From: an uncultured cyanobacterium
GTDB lineage: Bacteria > Cyanobacteriota > Cyanobacteriia > Cyanobacteriales > Nostocaceae
Assembly (NCBI GenBank): GCA_963706595.1
Contig: OY970166.1
Span: 1,600,001-1,664,000 of the forward strand
Reading direction: 5' to 3'
Length of the DNA: 64,000 nucleotides
Made by a program: the position numbers and the translations under genes. Every line of letters starts with the position of its first letter. Positions within the stretch are counted from its first letter, which is position 1. The notes beneath the pieces were generated by a model. The model had not been told where the DNA came from. It was given only the letters and a program-made list of their open reading frames with translations, and ran no database searches. This document shows positions 31,569 to 42,500 of this stretch, piece by piece.

Positions 31569-32391
31569 ATCTTTCGATCCCGAATACATCAAAAACCTAG
31601 CTGCGGGGTTTGTCGTAGATGATCTCACCCCTGAAGAAATGGCAGAATTTCGGCTGTTGCTGGATCAAAATCCCGAACTTATAGCTGAAGTGGAGGATTT
31701 GCAGGAAGTTTTGCGACAAGTTGTAGATGGTTTCACCGAGGTAGAAGCACCAGCCCATTTATTACCAAAAATTCTAGAACAAGCTCAAGATTCCACCAAA
31801 AAAGCTACTGTGATTCAAGGAAACTTTCCAGGAGTCGCTACGCGAAACTCCCCCGGAGTCGCTACGCGAACGCCTCAACGGTGGATAAAAATGGCTGGTA
31901 GTATCGCAGCATTATTTGTAGTGGTTCTAGGAGTTGATAACTATCGACTACGGCAAAATCTGGGTATTGTCACAGCCGATAACCAGCGTTTACGCCAGGA
32001 TTTTACCCAAGCTCAAATGGTTAAAAGCCTACTCCAAAATTCGCAAACGCGATTATTTACTTTTCAAGCAGTCAACTCCACAGATAACATTTCAGGAAGC
32101 ATGATGATAAATCCTGAAAAAGAAAAAGCGGTGATGGTTTTTCAAAATCTTCCCGCCCCACCTCCTGGATATTTTTACTTTTTGTGGACTGTTGTGGCTA
32201 ACAAAAAGTTACCCTGTGGTGAAGTTAAGCCCTATGCTTGGGGAACTGCTTCTCATGAGCTACCGTTTACTCCTCAAATGTACAAAGAGTTTTATCACCC
32301 ACAATTTTCCGGGCTAGTTGTCACCTTGGAAACAGATCCAAATGTCTCTCGTCCCACCGGCACTGTAGTTATGCAAAGTTCACAAATTTGA
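31561..32391 (+). CDS. Anti-sigma factor, RskA family
   Basis: Overlaps the sigma stop; single TM; NLPAPPPG.Y.LW and VTLE..P..PTG RskA motifs. Confidence 0.88.
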   Translation: MNKSFDPEYIKNLAAGFVVDDLTPEEMAEFRLLLDQNPELIAEVEDLQEVLRQVVDGFTEVEAPAHLLPKILEQAQDSTKKATVIQGNFPGVATRNSPGVATRTPQRWIKMAGSIAALFVVVLGVDNYRLRQNLGIVTADNQRLRQDFTQAQMVKSLLQNSQTRLFTFQAVNSTDNISGSMMINPEKEKAVMVFQNLPAPPPGYFYFLWTVVANKKLPCGEVKPYAWGTASHELPFTPQMYKEFYHPQFSGLVVTLETDPNVSRPTGTVVMQSSQI

Positions 32392-32610
32392 CATTTAGGG
32401 TGCGTTACAGCGATTTCCAATTATATAAGGTACATCTTAGCCCCCTCATCGCTTGCGGGGAGGGGGTTGGGGGTGGGGTTCTTGTACCTCATAACACCGG
32501 GAAGTGCGTTATGGGTGATTTGGCAGAAATCATATTAGTCCTAACGCACTGAGAATCTATGATGGTGCGTTGCGCTACGCGACAACACACCCTACATAAA
32601 AGTTTTTAGG

Positions 32611-33624
32611 TTAAATTAAAGTACCGCCACAACTAGAACCAGACCCAGCCGTACAACCGTAACAGTAATGTGCAGTTCTGATTTCTGTAATTAAATCTAA
32701 TGTGCCAGCAGCTAACAACTTAGCAACATTTAAGGTTTCGCCATCATCAGTTTTTGAAGGCAAATTTTCCATTTGGTTAAAGTCGCAGTCATAGACGTTA
32801 CCCAAATAGTCAATGGAAAGTTCATCTCTACACATTAAATGCTCAATCGTCGTAGAGTTGAAATGAGATTCTAAAAACTGGAGATAAGGTCTGTACAGTT
32901 TTTTGTGTTCTAGATGAAACTTAGTTCTGCCAATGGGTAGGTTAGTAATTGCAAACAAGTCATTAAAACTAATACCAAAATGTTCTTGTAAGAACATTTT
33001 ATAATCTTGTTTAAGTTTAGCTTGATTGGGTGTGAGAGAGAAATTCTCAGAAGTGGGAATTTGCGGGTTATAAACTAAATCAATAATTAAATTGGGGTCT
33101 TTTCCATAGCCAAGACGGTTCAGCCATTGCAAAGCGCGAATTGAGGCATCATATACACCATTTCCTCGCATTTTATCAACGTTATCAGAGAGATAGCAAG
33201 GTAGAGAAGCCACAATTCTGACTTGATTTTGAGCGCAATATTCGGGAATATCTCCAAAACCAGCTTCAAAATAAATAGTCAAGTTAGAGCGCACAATTAC
33301 CTGTTTACCATGCGATCGCGCTGCTTCTACAATTGGTTTAAAGCCATAGAGCATTTCGGGAGCGCCACCTGTCAGGTCTACAACCTTAATTTGGGGAAAT
33401 TTCTCAATTAATTCAATTAATTGCTGGCAAATTTCCGGAGAAAGTTCCTCAGTGCGTTTGGGACTGGCTTCTACATGACAATGGCTACAAGCCAAATTAC
33501 AACGTTTACCCAAATTAAGTTGTAAAACAGTAATTGGGTTTTTTGTTAGGGGTAAATTCAGCTTTTTTCTAAAGGGTGTGATGTCTGAATTTAAGGACAA
33601 AGGATTTACTTTTTGTTGAACCAT
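32611..33624 (-). CDS. arsS: Arsenosugar biosynthesis radical SAM protein ArsS
   Basis: CNLACSHC radical-SAM motif, DCDFNQ, HCYGCTAGSGSSCGG C-terminus; adjacent to arsM. Confidence 0.9.
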   Translation of the reverse strand: MVQQKVNPLSLNSDITPFRKKLNLPLTKNPITVLQLNLGKRCNLACSHCHVEASPKRTEELSPEICQQLIELIEKFPQIKVVDLTGGAPEMLYGFKPIVEAARSHGKQVIVRSNLTIYFEAGFGDIPEYCAQNQVRIVASLPCYLSDNVDKMRGNGVYDASIRALQWLNRLGYGKDPNLIIDLVYNPQIPTSENFSLTPNQAKLKQDYKMFLQEHFGISFNDLFAITNLPIGRTKFHLEHKKLYRPYLQFLESHFNSTTIEHLMCRDELSIDYLGNVYDCDFNQMENLPSKTDDGETLNVAKLLAAGTLDLITEIRTAHYCYGCTAGSGSSCGGTLI

Positions 33625-33663
33625 TCTTAATCTTCATTCTGTGCTACAAAAAAAACTAATTAA

Positions 33664-33807
33664 GGGAACACCAATAAATAAATCACCCAAAAATTGTAGG
33701 GTGGGTGAGCGCAGCGTAACCCACCTTAAATTGAAGGATAATGGTGGGTTACGGACTACCGTCCTAACCCACCCTACAAATTGAGGATTTTATTATTTGG
33801 AAGTCCC
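33664..33807. mobile_element. MITE family B (GGGAC.TCCA ends) carrying REP-like GTAG hairpins
   Basis: GGGAACACCAATAAATAAAT ... ATTATTTGGAAGTCCC; ends similar to 44580-44700. Confidence 0.6.
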
Positions 33808-33820
33808 CAAGGAATAATTA

Positions 33821-34789
33821 CTAACAACATCCACCACCATTGTAATGCCAAGTTGAATCTGTAATCAGGATTTCTTCAGGAGCGGCTTTACCTAAATTCC
33901 TAGCAGTTTTATCACATACCGCAGCAGGTACTCCCGATTGCAGAATATGTCCGGCTTGGTCATCAAAGAAGGATTCTACTCCGGAGTAGATTGCTGTTTT
34001 TCCTGTAAAAATACAAGCTCCATCTTCAGGAATTGCTACTTTAAAAGCTACGGAGTCGAGACTTTCTAGCAGTAAGTTTTCTGCTAAATTATAAGTTTGG
34101 CGATTCAGGAGACGATAAGGACGACGCGCCCGGATTTCTACTTGACCAAAGCCCGCATTTACCAGATGTTCAATATACTGTTCGTAGGTCATTGCTCCTG
34201 ATAGACACATAGCGCGTAACCTGTCATCATTTTGCAGGTGTTCGGGAATGGGACGAGTCGCAATAGGATCACTCATTAGTAAGCGTCCGTTGGGCTTTAA
34301 AACTCGAAAGGTTTCCTGTAAAGCTAACTGCAAATCTGCGGGTTTAAAGATATTAAATAGACAATTTTGTGCTACCACATCGACAGAAGCATCGGGAACC
34401 GGTAAAGCAAAGGCATCTCCTTCCCGAATTTCGACAAAATTCGACTCAAACCAATCATTTTCTTGAGCAGCAAGTTCTAAATTCCGCATCGCTGCTGACC
34501 GCATAGCCGCTACCGGTTCAATCGCAATTACTGACCCTGGACGACGGGAGAAGTAAGCAAATTGTAATGCTTCCAAGCCACCACCAACGCCTACATAAAG
34601 TACGGTTGGGTCCTTAGTTAGTTCTGTGGGATGTACGGTTGTACCGCAACCATAGTTCATTTCCTGCATCTGGGAGGAAATTTTGAGTCCTGGTAGTTGT
34701 AACGGACTGCTTTGGACGCAACATAATCCCACTTGTGGGGTTTCGGCGACTTCACTATAAAAGTTAGCGGTTGTTTCAAGATAGGTCAT
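33821..34789 (-). CDS. arsM: Arsenite S-adenosylmethionine methyltransferase ArsM (arsenosugar type)
   Basis: GLCC, YGCG, YVGVGGG SAM motif, QNCLFN, MCLSGA, terminal GGGCC. Confidence 0.9.
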   Translation of the reverse strand: MTYLETTANFYSEVAETPQVGLCCVQSSPLQLPGLKISSQMQEMNYGCGTTVHPTELTKDPTVLYVGVGGGLEALQFAYFSRRPGSVIAIEPVAAMRSAAMRNLELAAQENDWFESNFVEIREGDAFALPVPDASVDVVAQNCLFNIFKPADLQLALQETFRVLKPNGRLLMSDPIATRPIPEHLQNDDRLRAMCLSGAMTYEQYIEHLVNAGFGQVEIRARRPYRLLNRQTYNLAENLLLESLDSVAFKVAIPEDGACIFTGKTAIYSGVESFFDDQAGHILQSGVPAAVCDKTARNLGKAAPEEILITDSTWHYNGGGCC

Positions 34790-34903
34790 GATAATTTTTT
34801 GGTTGTATCACAAAGGTGTGAGTTAGTTTCACGCAAAGAAGCAAAGAAGCAAAGTCTGAATTAGGACTTTGTAGACTAATACGAAACTGAAGCTAAAAAG
34901 GAT

Positions 34904-35701
34904 TTAACCGCGAATACCGTTGACATAAGCAGCAGTTAGGGCGTGCTGTGGGGTGGTAAAAATCTGCTCGATAGTACCATATTCGATTAATCGCCCGACT
35001 TCAGTTTGTACCCAAAATAGCGCCGCATAATCACCAATGCGTCTAGCTTGGGCGAGGTTGTGGGTGACAATTACTACTGTATAACGTCCTCGCAGACTGG
35101 CAATTAAATCTTCTACTATTCCACTGGAAATGGGGTCAAGGGCGCTACAGGGTTCATCAAATAATAAAACTTCTGGTTGCAAAACTAAAGCACGGGCAAT
35201 ACATAAGCGCTGCTTTTGTCCACCTGATAAAGATAAGGCGGAGGTATTCAGCCGATCTTTAACTTCTGTCCATAGTCCCACGTCTTGCAGTGCGGTTTCA
35301 ATCAGCCAGTCCAGTTTTTCGCGGTTTTTGATTCCGTGTTCTTGTAGGGGAAATGCGAGGTTTTTCCAAATTGAGAAGGGGAAAGGGTTGGGCTTTTGGA
35401 AGATTGTACCTATCCGCCGACGCAGTGCGATCGCATCGACAGAATTATGCAGAATGTCCCCAGCGTCTAAGCGGATACTTCCGGAAATTTTGGTGTGCGG
35501 GATTAATTCAGTTAAGCGATTCAGACAACTTAAAAAGCTACTTTTACCACAACCAGAAGGTCCCACCAGTGCGGTAATTTTACCTGCTGCGATTGGCATG
35601 GTGATATCTGTAAAAGCGGCTTTTTTTCCGTAATATAAACTTAGTTTCTCGGTTTGCATTGAGGGTAGATGTGACCGGGATTTTTGTGTGGGTTGAGACA
35701 T
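34904..35701 (-). CDS. pstB: Phosphate-type ABC transporter ATPase
   Basis: GPSGCGKS, FQKPNPFP, LSGGQKQR, DEPCSALDP. Confidence 0.9.
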   Translation of the reverse strand: MSQPTQKSRSHLPSMQTEKLSLYYGKKAAFTDITMPIAAGKITALVGPSGCGKSSFLSCLNRLTELIPHTKISGSIRLDAGDILHNSVDAIALRRRIGTIFQKPNPFPFSIWKNLAFPLQEHGIKNREKLDWLIETALQDVGLWTEVKDRLNTSALSLSGGQKQRLCIARALVLQPEVLLFDEPCSALDPISSGIVEDLIASLRGRYTVVIVTHNLAQARRIGDYAALFWVQTEVGRLIEYGTIEQIFTTPQHALTAAYVNGIRG

Positions 35702-35878
35702 CAGGGATAAACGAACCACAGAGGCGCAGAGGACACAGAGGAAAGAGATTTTGAGAGGTTTTTTATTTGGAGGTTCTTATAGCGTTTCCTACTTTAGTGA
35801 GATATAAGAACCCCACCCCCAACCCCCTCCCCGCAAGCGAGGAGGGGGCTATGATATACGTTATATGATTAGGAAACG

Positions 35879-36691
35879 CTATAACCAAAACTGGGTTGTC
35901 CAGGTTGCTATACCATTTACTAGTAGTAATAAAATTAAGAGGACTAGGGCTGAGGCGTAGGCGTTAGCGTCTCCTCCAGCAATATTCATGGATAAATCGA
36001 AAATGTGAACGGATAGCGATCGCCCGGAATCTAGTAAGGACTCTGGCATTCTATCTACATAACCACTGGTAAAAATTAATGCGGCTGTTTCGGCGATCGC
36101 GCGTCCAATTCCCAAGACTAAACCCACTATTAACCCCGGTGTGGCTGCTGGTAAAAGTAGTTTCCATAATGTGGTAGTCCGTGATAATCCCAAGGCTGCT
36201 GCCCCTAATCGATACTCTGCGGGAACCGCCTGCAATCCTGCTTCTGTGGAACGAATTAGTATAGGCAACACCATACAAGCTAATGTCAAACCACCAGATA
36301 AAATGGAAAAGCCGAGTCCCAATTTTATTGAGAAAAAGGCGTTCCCAAACAAGCCAAATACAATCGATGGGACTCCGGCTAAGACATCTAAACTGCGACG
36401 CACTAAACGCCCAAAGGCATTTTCTGTACTAGTAAATTCGGCTAATAATATGGCTGTACCCACACCCAGGGGAAGAGAAACGGCCAGACAAACTCCTAAT
36501 ATTAAACCAGTAGAAATCAGTATCGGGGCAATTCCGCCTTCACGCCCAGCATTTCGCGGTTCTGTTGTTAAGAATTCTACAGAAATTTGCCCGATACCAT
36601 GCCAAATGATATCGCCTAAAATCCAGCAAAAAATGGCGGTGACAAAGAGAGCGATCGCCCACATAATCAGAGTAGGTAATGGCAGTTTCAT
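35879..36691 (-). CDS. pstA: Phosphate-type ABC permease PstA
   Basis: LAGVPSIVFGLFG, GRAIAETAA. Confidence 0.9.
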   Translation of the reverse strand: MKLPLPTLIMWAIALFVTAIFCWILGDIIWHGIGQISVEFLTTEPRNAGREGGIAPILISTGLILGVCLAVSLPLGVGTAILLAEFTSTENAFGRLVRRSLDVLAGVPSIVFGLFGNAFFSIKLGLGFSILSGGLTLACMVLPILIRSTEAGLQAVPAEYRLGAAALGLSRTTTLWKLLLPAATPGLIVGLVLGIGRAIAETAALIFTSGYVDRMPESLLDSGRSLSVHIFDLSMNIAGGDANAYASALVLLILLLLVNGIATWTTQFWL

Positions 36692-37566
36692 GGATAAATG
36701 TTTCTCCTGCTGACACCTTCGGCTATGACTACTAAGAAGGCGATCGCCATCATTAACAACAAGCCACTCACAAACAATGCTGAACGGTGGTTTCCGGTAG
36801 CGTAAGCCATCTCTAAAGCGATATTAGCAGTGAGGGTGCGAACAGGATCAAATAAGCTGGTGGGAGTCTGGACTACATTGCCACAAACCATTAAAACTGC
36901 CATTGTTTCCCCAATGGCGCGTCCTGTGCCTAAAATCAACCCAGTCAATAAACCAGATTTAGCCGCAGGTAAAACAACGCCTCGGATGGTTCCCCAATGA
37001 GAGATTCCCAAGGCGGCTGCACCTTGTAGATACTCTTGGGGAACTTTGGCAAAACTGGCTTCTGCGGTGAGTGCAATTGTCGGCAAAATCATGAATGTCA
37101 AAATAGCGATTCCTGCTAACAAACTGGTTCCGGGTGGTTGCAATTTGCCAATCAGGGGGACAAGCACAACTAAACCCCAAAACCCGTAAACGACAGAGGG
37201 AATTCCTGCCAGTAAATTAATTAATTGCCGATAAAATACAGCAATGAAAGCAGGTGCATAATACTGACAAAATATCGCCGAACTTATGCCTATAGGTGCA
37301 GCTAAAATTACCGCACCAAGTGTTACTAACAAACTTCCCCACAACATTGGCAACAAATTATAAAATTCTTGCACTGGATGCCAAGATGGATCAGTGAAAA
37401 AACGTAACCATCCTATCTGTTGTAATACTGGTAATGCTTCGAGTAAGAAGAATCCCGTAATTAAGATAACTATAATACCTGTGATTGCAGCAAATAGCCG
37501 TAATATCCACAGGAGAAGGATATCACTTTGAGATGGGGACAAAATCTTGTTTTTGAACAATATCAT
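36688..37566 (-). CDS. pstC: Phosphate-type ABC permease PstC
   Basis: LAGIPSVVYGFWG, GRAIGETMAV, RTLTANIA. Confidence 0.9.
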   Translation of the reverse strand: MILFKNKILSPSQSDILLLWILRLFAAITGIIVILITGFFLLEALPVLQQIGWLRFFTDPSWHPVQEFYNLLPMLWGSLLVTLGAVILAAPIGISSAIFCQYYAPAFIAVFYRQLINLLAGIPSVVYGFWGLVVLVPLIGKLQPPGTSLLAGIAILTFMILPTIALTAEASFAKVPQEYLQGAAALGISHWGTIRGVVLPAAKSGLLTGLILGTGRAIGETMAVLMVCGNVVQTPTSLFDPVRTLTANIALEMAYATGNHRSALFVSGLLLMMAIAFLVVIAEGVSRRNIYP

Positions 37567-38374
37567 GGACTTGTGGCGACTGGGCAAACTCGATAAATGC
37601 TTGTTTTAAGCCTTGGGGCTGAGTTTTAGTAACCAAATTTAGGGGACGGGAAAGGGGAAATGTCTGATTTTGGATATTCTCAGTAGTCGCGGCGATTTCA
37701 TTTAGTGGTAATAATTTGATAGTAATTCCACTACTCAGGCTAAATTCAGCCGTCCCAATTGATACATAACCAATGGCGTTGGGGTTCCCTGCTACTGTTT
37801 TAATTCCCTGCTGATTGTCGCCAATCACAACCGATGATTTGATATCGCTATTCTGGATTTGGAAGTAATTGAGAAACAATTCCAGGGTAGAACGTCCCTC
37901 AGCTTTATTCACAACTGTAATGGGGGCATTTTTGCCGTTAACCTGTAGCCAGTTGTCAATTTTGCCAGTGTAAATATCTACAACTTGTTGATTTGATAGA
38001 GATTTTACTGGATTGTCTTTATGTAGGATAATGCCAATTCCATCACGCGCGATCGCAAAAGCTTGTAAATCTTCTTCGGCTTTCAGAGAACGAGACACCA
38101 TCCCAATGTCGGCGACTCCTGTCCGCACATCAGCCATACCGCGAGATGAACCTCCTGTTTGCACATCCACTCGTACATTAGGATGTTTTGACTCAAATCG
38201 CTTACCAATTTCTGCTGCTAATGGTGCAACTGTACTAGAACCTGTTAAAACCAACTTTCCTTGTAATTCATTTGTTGATTGAGTCGCTATTTGGGATGGT
38301 TGCGTACAAGATTTTAGCCCCAAGCAAATTGTGAAACCGACAGCAATAAATGCTAGGGTTTTGAGTTGTTTCAT
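37523..38374 (-). CDS. pstS: PstS-like oxyanion-binding lipoprotein
   Basis: Lipobox LKSC, GSSTVAP, GGSSRG, FPLSRPL. Confidence 0.85.
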   Translation of the reverse strand: MKQLKTLAFIAVGFTICLGLKSCTQPSQIATQSTNELQGKLVLTGSSTVAPLAAEIGKRFESKHPNVRVDVQTGGSSRGMADVRTGVADIGMVSRSLKAEEDLQAFAIARDGIGIILHKDNPVKSLSNQQVVDIYTGKIDNWLQVNGKNAPITVVNKAEGRSTLELFLNYFQIQNSDIKSSVVIGDNQQGIKTVAGNPNAIGYVSIGTAEFSLSSGITIKLLPLNEIAATTENIQNQTFPLSRPLNLVTKTQPQGLKQAFIEFAQSPQVHDIVQKQDFVPISK

Positions 38375-38392
38375 CGAGAAAATTTTTAATTT

Positions 38393-38701
38393 CTATTCAA
38401 AGGAAAGGAGACAACAGCCTAAATCAATTACCTGACCAGTATTGACTTGTCGAACCGTTGGCACAAAATGGTAAAGTACCGCCTTACCATCTCTTTTCGC
38501 CTCCACAAAACCTGCTGATCGCAAAATTTTTAAATGGTGAGATAATAAACTTTGTTCTAGCTGCAAGACAGCGTTTATTTCCCCCACGTGTTTAGGACTT
38601 TCCATGAGAATTTTCAGGACAGATAGACGAGTTGTATCTGCTAAAACCTTGAGTTGTTCGGCGCAAAAGGATGGAGACGATATATTTTTAGGCTTCATCA
38701 T
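38393..38701 (-). CDS. arsR: ArsR/SmtB family transcriptional repressor
   Basis: LKVLADTTRL, QSLLSHHLKILR winged HTH; N-terminal Cys and C-terminal CC. Confidence 0.88.
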   Translation of the reverse strand: MMKPKNISSPSFCAEQLKVLADTTRLSVLKILMESPKHVGEINAVLQLEQSLLSHHLKILRSAGFVEAKRDGKAVLYHFVPTVRQVNTGQVIDLGCCLLSFE

Positions 38702-38734
38702 ACACCATGAGAATGGCTTGAATAGTTATTGATA

Positions 38735-38748
38735 TGAAAATATTTTCA
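38735..38748. promoter_or_regulatory. Candidate ArsR operator
   Basis: Perfect palindrome TGAAAATATTTTCA 34 bp upstream of arsR. Confidence 0.5.
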
Positions 38749-38910
38749 ATTCATTTAGAATATACCACAATTCTTCAATCTTTTCAGAAAAATAAAAGAG
38801 GGCTGTAAAATCTGCTTTTTGAATTCTCAACTGTGTACAGGGTATCTAAATCTCGGAGATGTCTAATATATCAGTCGTTCTCGAAGACGCTGAACTGTCT
38901 AACATCGACA

Positions 38911-39516
38911 TCAAAAATTTATCGCAGTTCCGGTAACAGGATCAAATTCAAAACGCTGTTGATAGTTGGTTTCACCATATAAATTGAAGCTAATTGTCGG
39001 TTGATCACCCAGGGCTTCAACATGATGAATTGCATCAGGCATTAAGCCAATAATTTCGCCTGGATTTAAAATAATATCTCCGGCTTTTTCAATGCTGCCG
39101 TTTTTATTAGTCCGTCTCCAAATAGTATTTTTTTCTTCTCCACTAATCAGTGCGACAACTCCCCAAGTAGCATGGTTGTGAATCGGTGAAACTTTTCCCG
39201 GTAACCAGGCGACTGTCTGCACAGTCAAGGGGAAATCCGGTTCATCATATAGTGTAAGCACTGACCAGCCTGTTTCGGGATTTGGTTCGAGATATTCACC
39301 TTGCAACCATTCTGAACTGGTCAATAATCGCCGCACTAGGGGACAAATCGCTTGGAGTCGAAGGCGATCGCTTTGGAATTTCTGAAGAATATCTTCGAGA
39401 TCCGTTAAAAACCGATAGAGTCGATATTGACCTGTCAATAATTCTAAATTATCTGGCGATTCTTCCCAGGCTTCACACTCACCATCATCTGTTACTAACC
39501 AATCTTGACTTAACAT
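38911..39516 (-). CDS. Cupin / cysteine dioxygenase-like protein
   Basis: SPIHNHATWG and DAIHHV 3-His motif. Confidence 0.82.
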   Translation of the reverse strand: MLSQDWLVTDDGECEAWEESPDNLELLTGQYRLYRFLTDLEDILQKFQSDRLRLQAICPLVRRLLTSSEWLQGEYLEPNPETGWSVLTLYDEPDFPLTVQTVAWLPGKVSPIHNHATWGVVALISGEEKNTIWRRTNKNGSIEKAGDIILNPGEIIGLMPDAIHHVEALGDQPTISFNLYGETNYQQRFEFDPVTGTAINF

Positions 39517-39596
39517 ACTACTTTTATTCAGACAGACAACAAACATCATGCTTTAAATATTATGTCAATATTTAGGCATTAAATAATATTTCTTGA

Positions 39597-42500
39597 TCAA
39601 GCGGTAACTTTGTATAGTTCTCCGTCAAGACGTTTTTTAGCTAGTAGTAATCTGCCTTCAGACTGATGACTATGGAAAGGTTTCTCAATAATCTGATTGA
39701 GTAAAGATACCGTTTGTTTCACTGAGAAGTAAGACGAGAAAACACGTCTATTATCGAAGGTTTCGATAATACTCACTAACAACCAGTCTTGGAGATTATC
39801 GTTAAATGCCTGATGATCGTATTGTTGACTGACTGGAACAAAAGGCTCATCAACCTTGATTAATCTGCCAGAGTTTATATTGGCTAATAGTTGTTCTAGT
39901 ATTTCCACACTTACTTTTCTCTGACCTAACTCTGCTGCTACTCTGGCTAAACTGCAATATCTAAACAACGAAGCTTTAGCTTGAACAGCTTGCTGGATAC
40001 ATTCAAAGGAATGTTTTAAAGTTGCTAACTGTTGTGCTGGTGAAAGGCTGGCTGATTTCGCTAGAAAGAAGTAATTTAGCCCTTCTAAGTAAATTTTAGT
40101 ATCAGCATTGGAAACCGTTGTGTATTCTTGCCACTGATTGAGAAAAGGTATAGCATAATTTAAAGTTGCTATTGCTTCTAACCAATAGGATGAGTTCGGT
40201 AGTAACGGCTTATCTGTGATTTTTTGAACAAGTAAACCACGTTCAGCTAATTGTTGCGATCGCTCTACTTTACAAGCAAACAAGTTTAGTTGGTAGCCAT
40301 CCACTGGCTGATTCACATCAAAAGGAACTAAACACCCAATACCAGAAACTAAATAGTAAATTTCATAGTTTAAGTCTTGGAATAGCTGAATTAGCCGCAT
40401 ATTAATATGTTTGCCATGCTTCAGTTCAAACATAATTAATGGCGATTGCTCAGAGAAGAAATTTTTACCGCCTGCCAGTATTTTAGCTTCTTCCCCTTCC
40501 GCATCTAACTTAATAAAGTCAATTTGCTGCCAGTTATGCTGTTCTAATTCTCTATCCAGATTTAGCAGTTTAATAGTTTCTTTTTCTTGGGATAAACCAT
40601 CTTGCTTGAGTGAATTTAATTCACTATTACTTGATAGAAATAAACTTGCTTCTCCCTCACAATCTGATAAGCCAGCATTAACTAACTCTACATTGTTGAA
40701 ATTGTTAGCTTCTACACCTTTTCGCAGTAAGTAAAACACTGAACTCGCAGGTTCATAAGCAGTAATTTTACCCTGTCCTTGGAGTAACTTAGCCATAGTT
40801 AGAGTATATACTCCATGATTAGCACCAATATCTAGTATTTGCATTCCTGGTGTAATCAATTTCCGCACAAACTCCATTTCTGGCTCAAACCAATCACCCT
40901 GTTCTAGTAAAACATAACCTGTCAGACTGTTGATATCATTCTTCACGCAGACCTTAACTTCACCTTCAATCTCAACTAGGCATTCATCAGGCTCAAGATG
41001 ATCAGCATCAATGAATTTAAAATATTTAATTTCCTCAGAATTATTACCATTTTTCTGAAAAATCGGAGTAACTTTATTAGCAGGTTTAGAGCAATACTGC
41101 TGCAAGAAAACCTTTAAATTTTCCCGGATTTCACTATTATCTGGTTCTACTAACAGCGCACACCGATAATATTTTTCAGCCTGATCAATTAATTCCTGTT
41201 CTTCTAACAGCTTACCTAGTGCTTGATAAGTTGCAGCCGCACAACGATTAATAGCCAGGGATTGCAAATAAGATGAAATAGCATTTTCTACATCATCTAA
41301 CTTTTGATACATCTGACCTAAATAATAGTAAGCCTGAGCATCATTAGGATGATTTTCCAGATACTGTTGATAATAATTAATAGCATTGTCAGCGTCTAAA
41401 TCAACAGGCAAAGCAACATTAATATGAGTCTTTTCACTGTTAGATTCTGCGGTTTCTTTCGCTAAATAAACCTGCCACATTTGGCGATAAGCCGCCTCTA
41501 AAGTGCTGGCCATGTTTTTCACATCCAACAGAGGAGAGTCCAGCAATCTTTCACGCATAGTTGAGCGCAAAGATGCAAGATAGTCTCGATTTTGGGCTAA
41601 TTCAATCGCTTTCTGCACATAATCTGCCGCACTATGGGTAATGCAATCATCCAAACCCACACTGTGGAGAATACTTGCACTCATGCGCTCCATTTTCCGA
41701 GTCCCTGCTAAAGTTAAAGTTGGTACTCCCATCCACAAAGCTTCACAAGTCGTAGTACATCCTGTATAGGGAATACTATCCAAATGCAGATCAACTTGAT
41801 TATAAAGATTCAAGTGGTCTTTATCAGACGCATAGCCACCATACAAGAAAATCCGTTTAGGATCAATACCCTGTTCCACAAAGGGAGTTTGAATTCTTTC
41901 AGCAATTAAGGGGCTGAAAATATCAGAACTAGCACATTTTAATACCAAGCGAGAATGAGGAACTGCTTTGAGGATTTCAACCCACAGAGCAAAAGTTTCT
42001 GGTGTGAGTTTGCGTAAATTATTAAAAGATGCAAAAGTGAAAATACCAGTTTTTTTACAAGGAAGTTCAGTAATATTCGGTGCAGCTTTCAGGGTTTCAT
42101 AACCCACATAACAACGGGGTAAACGCCAAATGCTTTCGCTGGTTTTTTCGAGTGTATCATCAGGATGAAGAACTTCATCAGTAATCCAATAGTCAATAGT
42201 CGATAAGCCTGTCGTAGCAAAATAACCCAAATAAGTCACTTGAATCGGGGCTGGTTTCATCCCCAAGACAATCATCCGGTTATTTGCAGTATGTCCTGCC
42301 AAATCAACCAGAACATCTATCCGGTCTGCTTGAATCAACTCAGCTACTTCCAAATCCGAAAGACCAACCGTAGAACGCCAAGCATCACAGATATCTATAA
42401 TTTCATCTGTAATTTCATCAGGTGTATTCACTTCTCCATAGCAGAAAACTTCCACTTGGGTGCGGTCATGGTGTTGGAAGACAGGTTTTATAAATCCACT

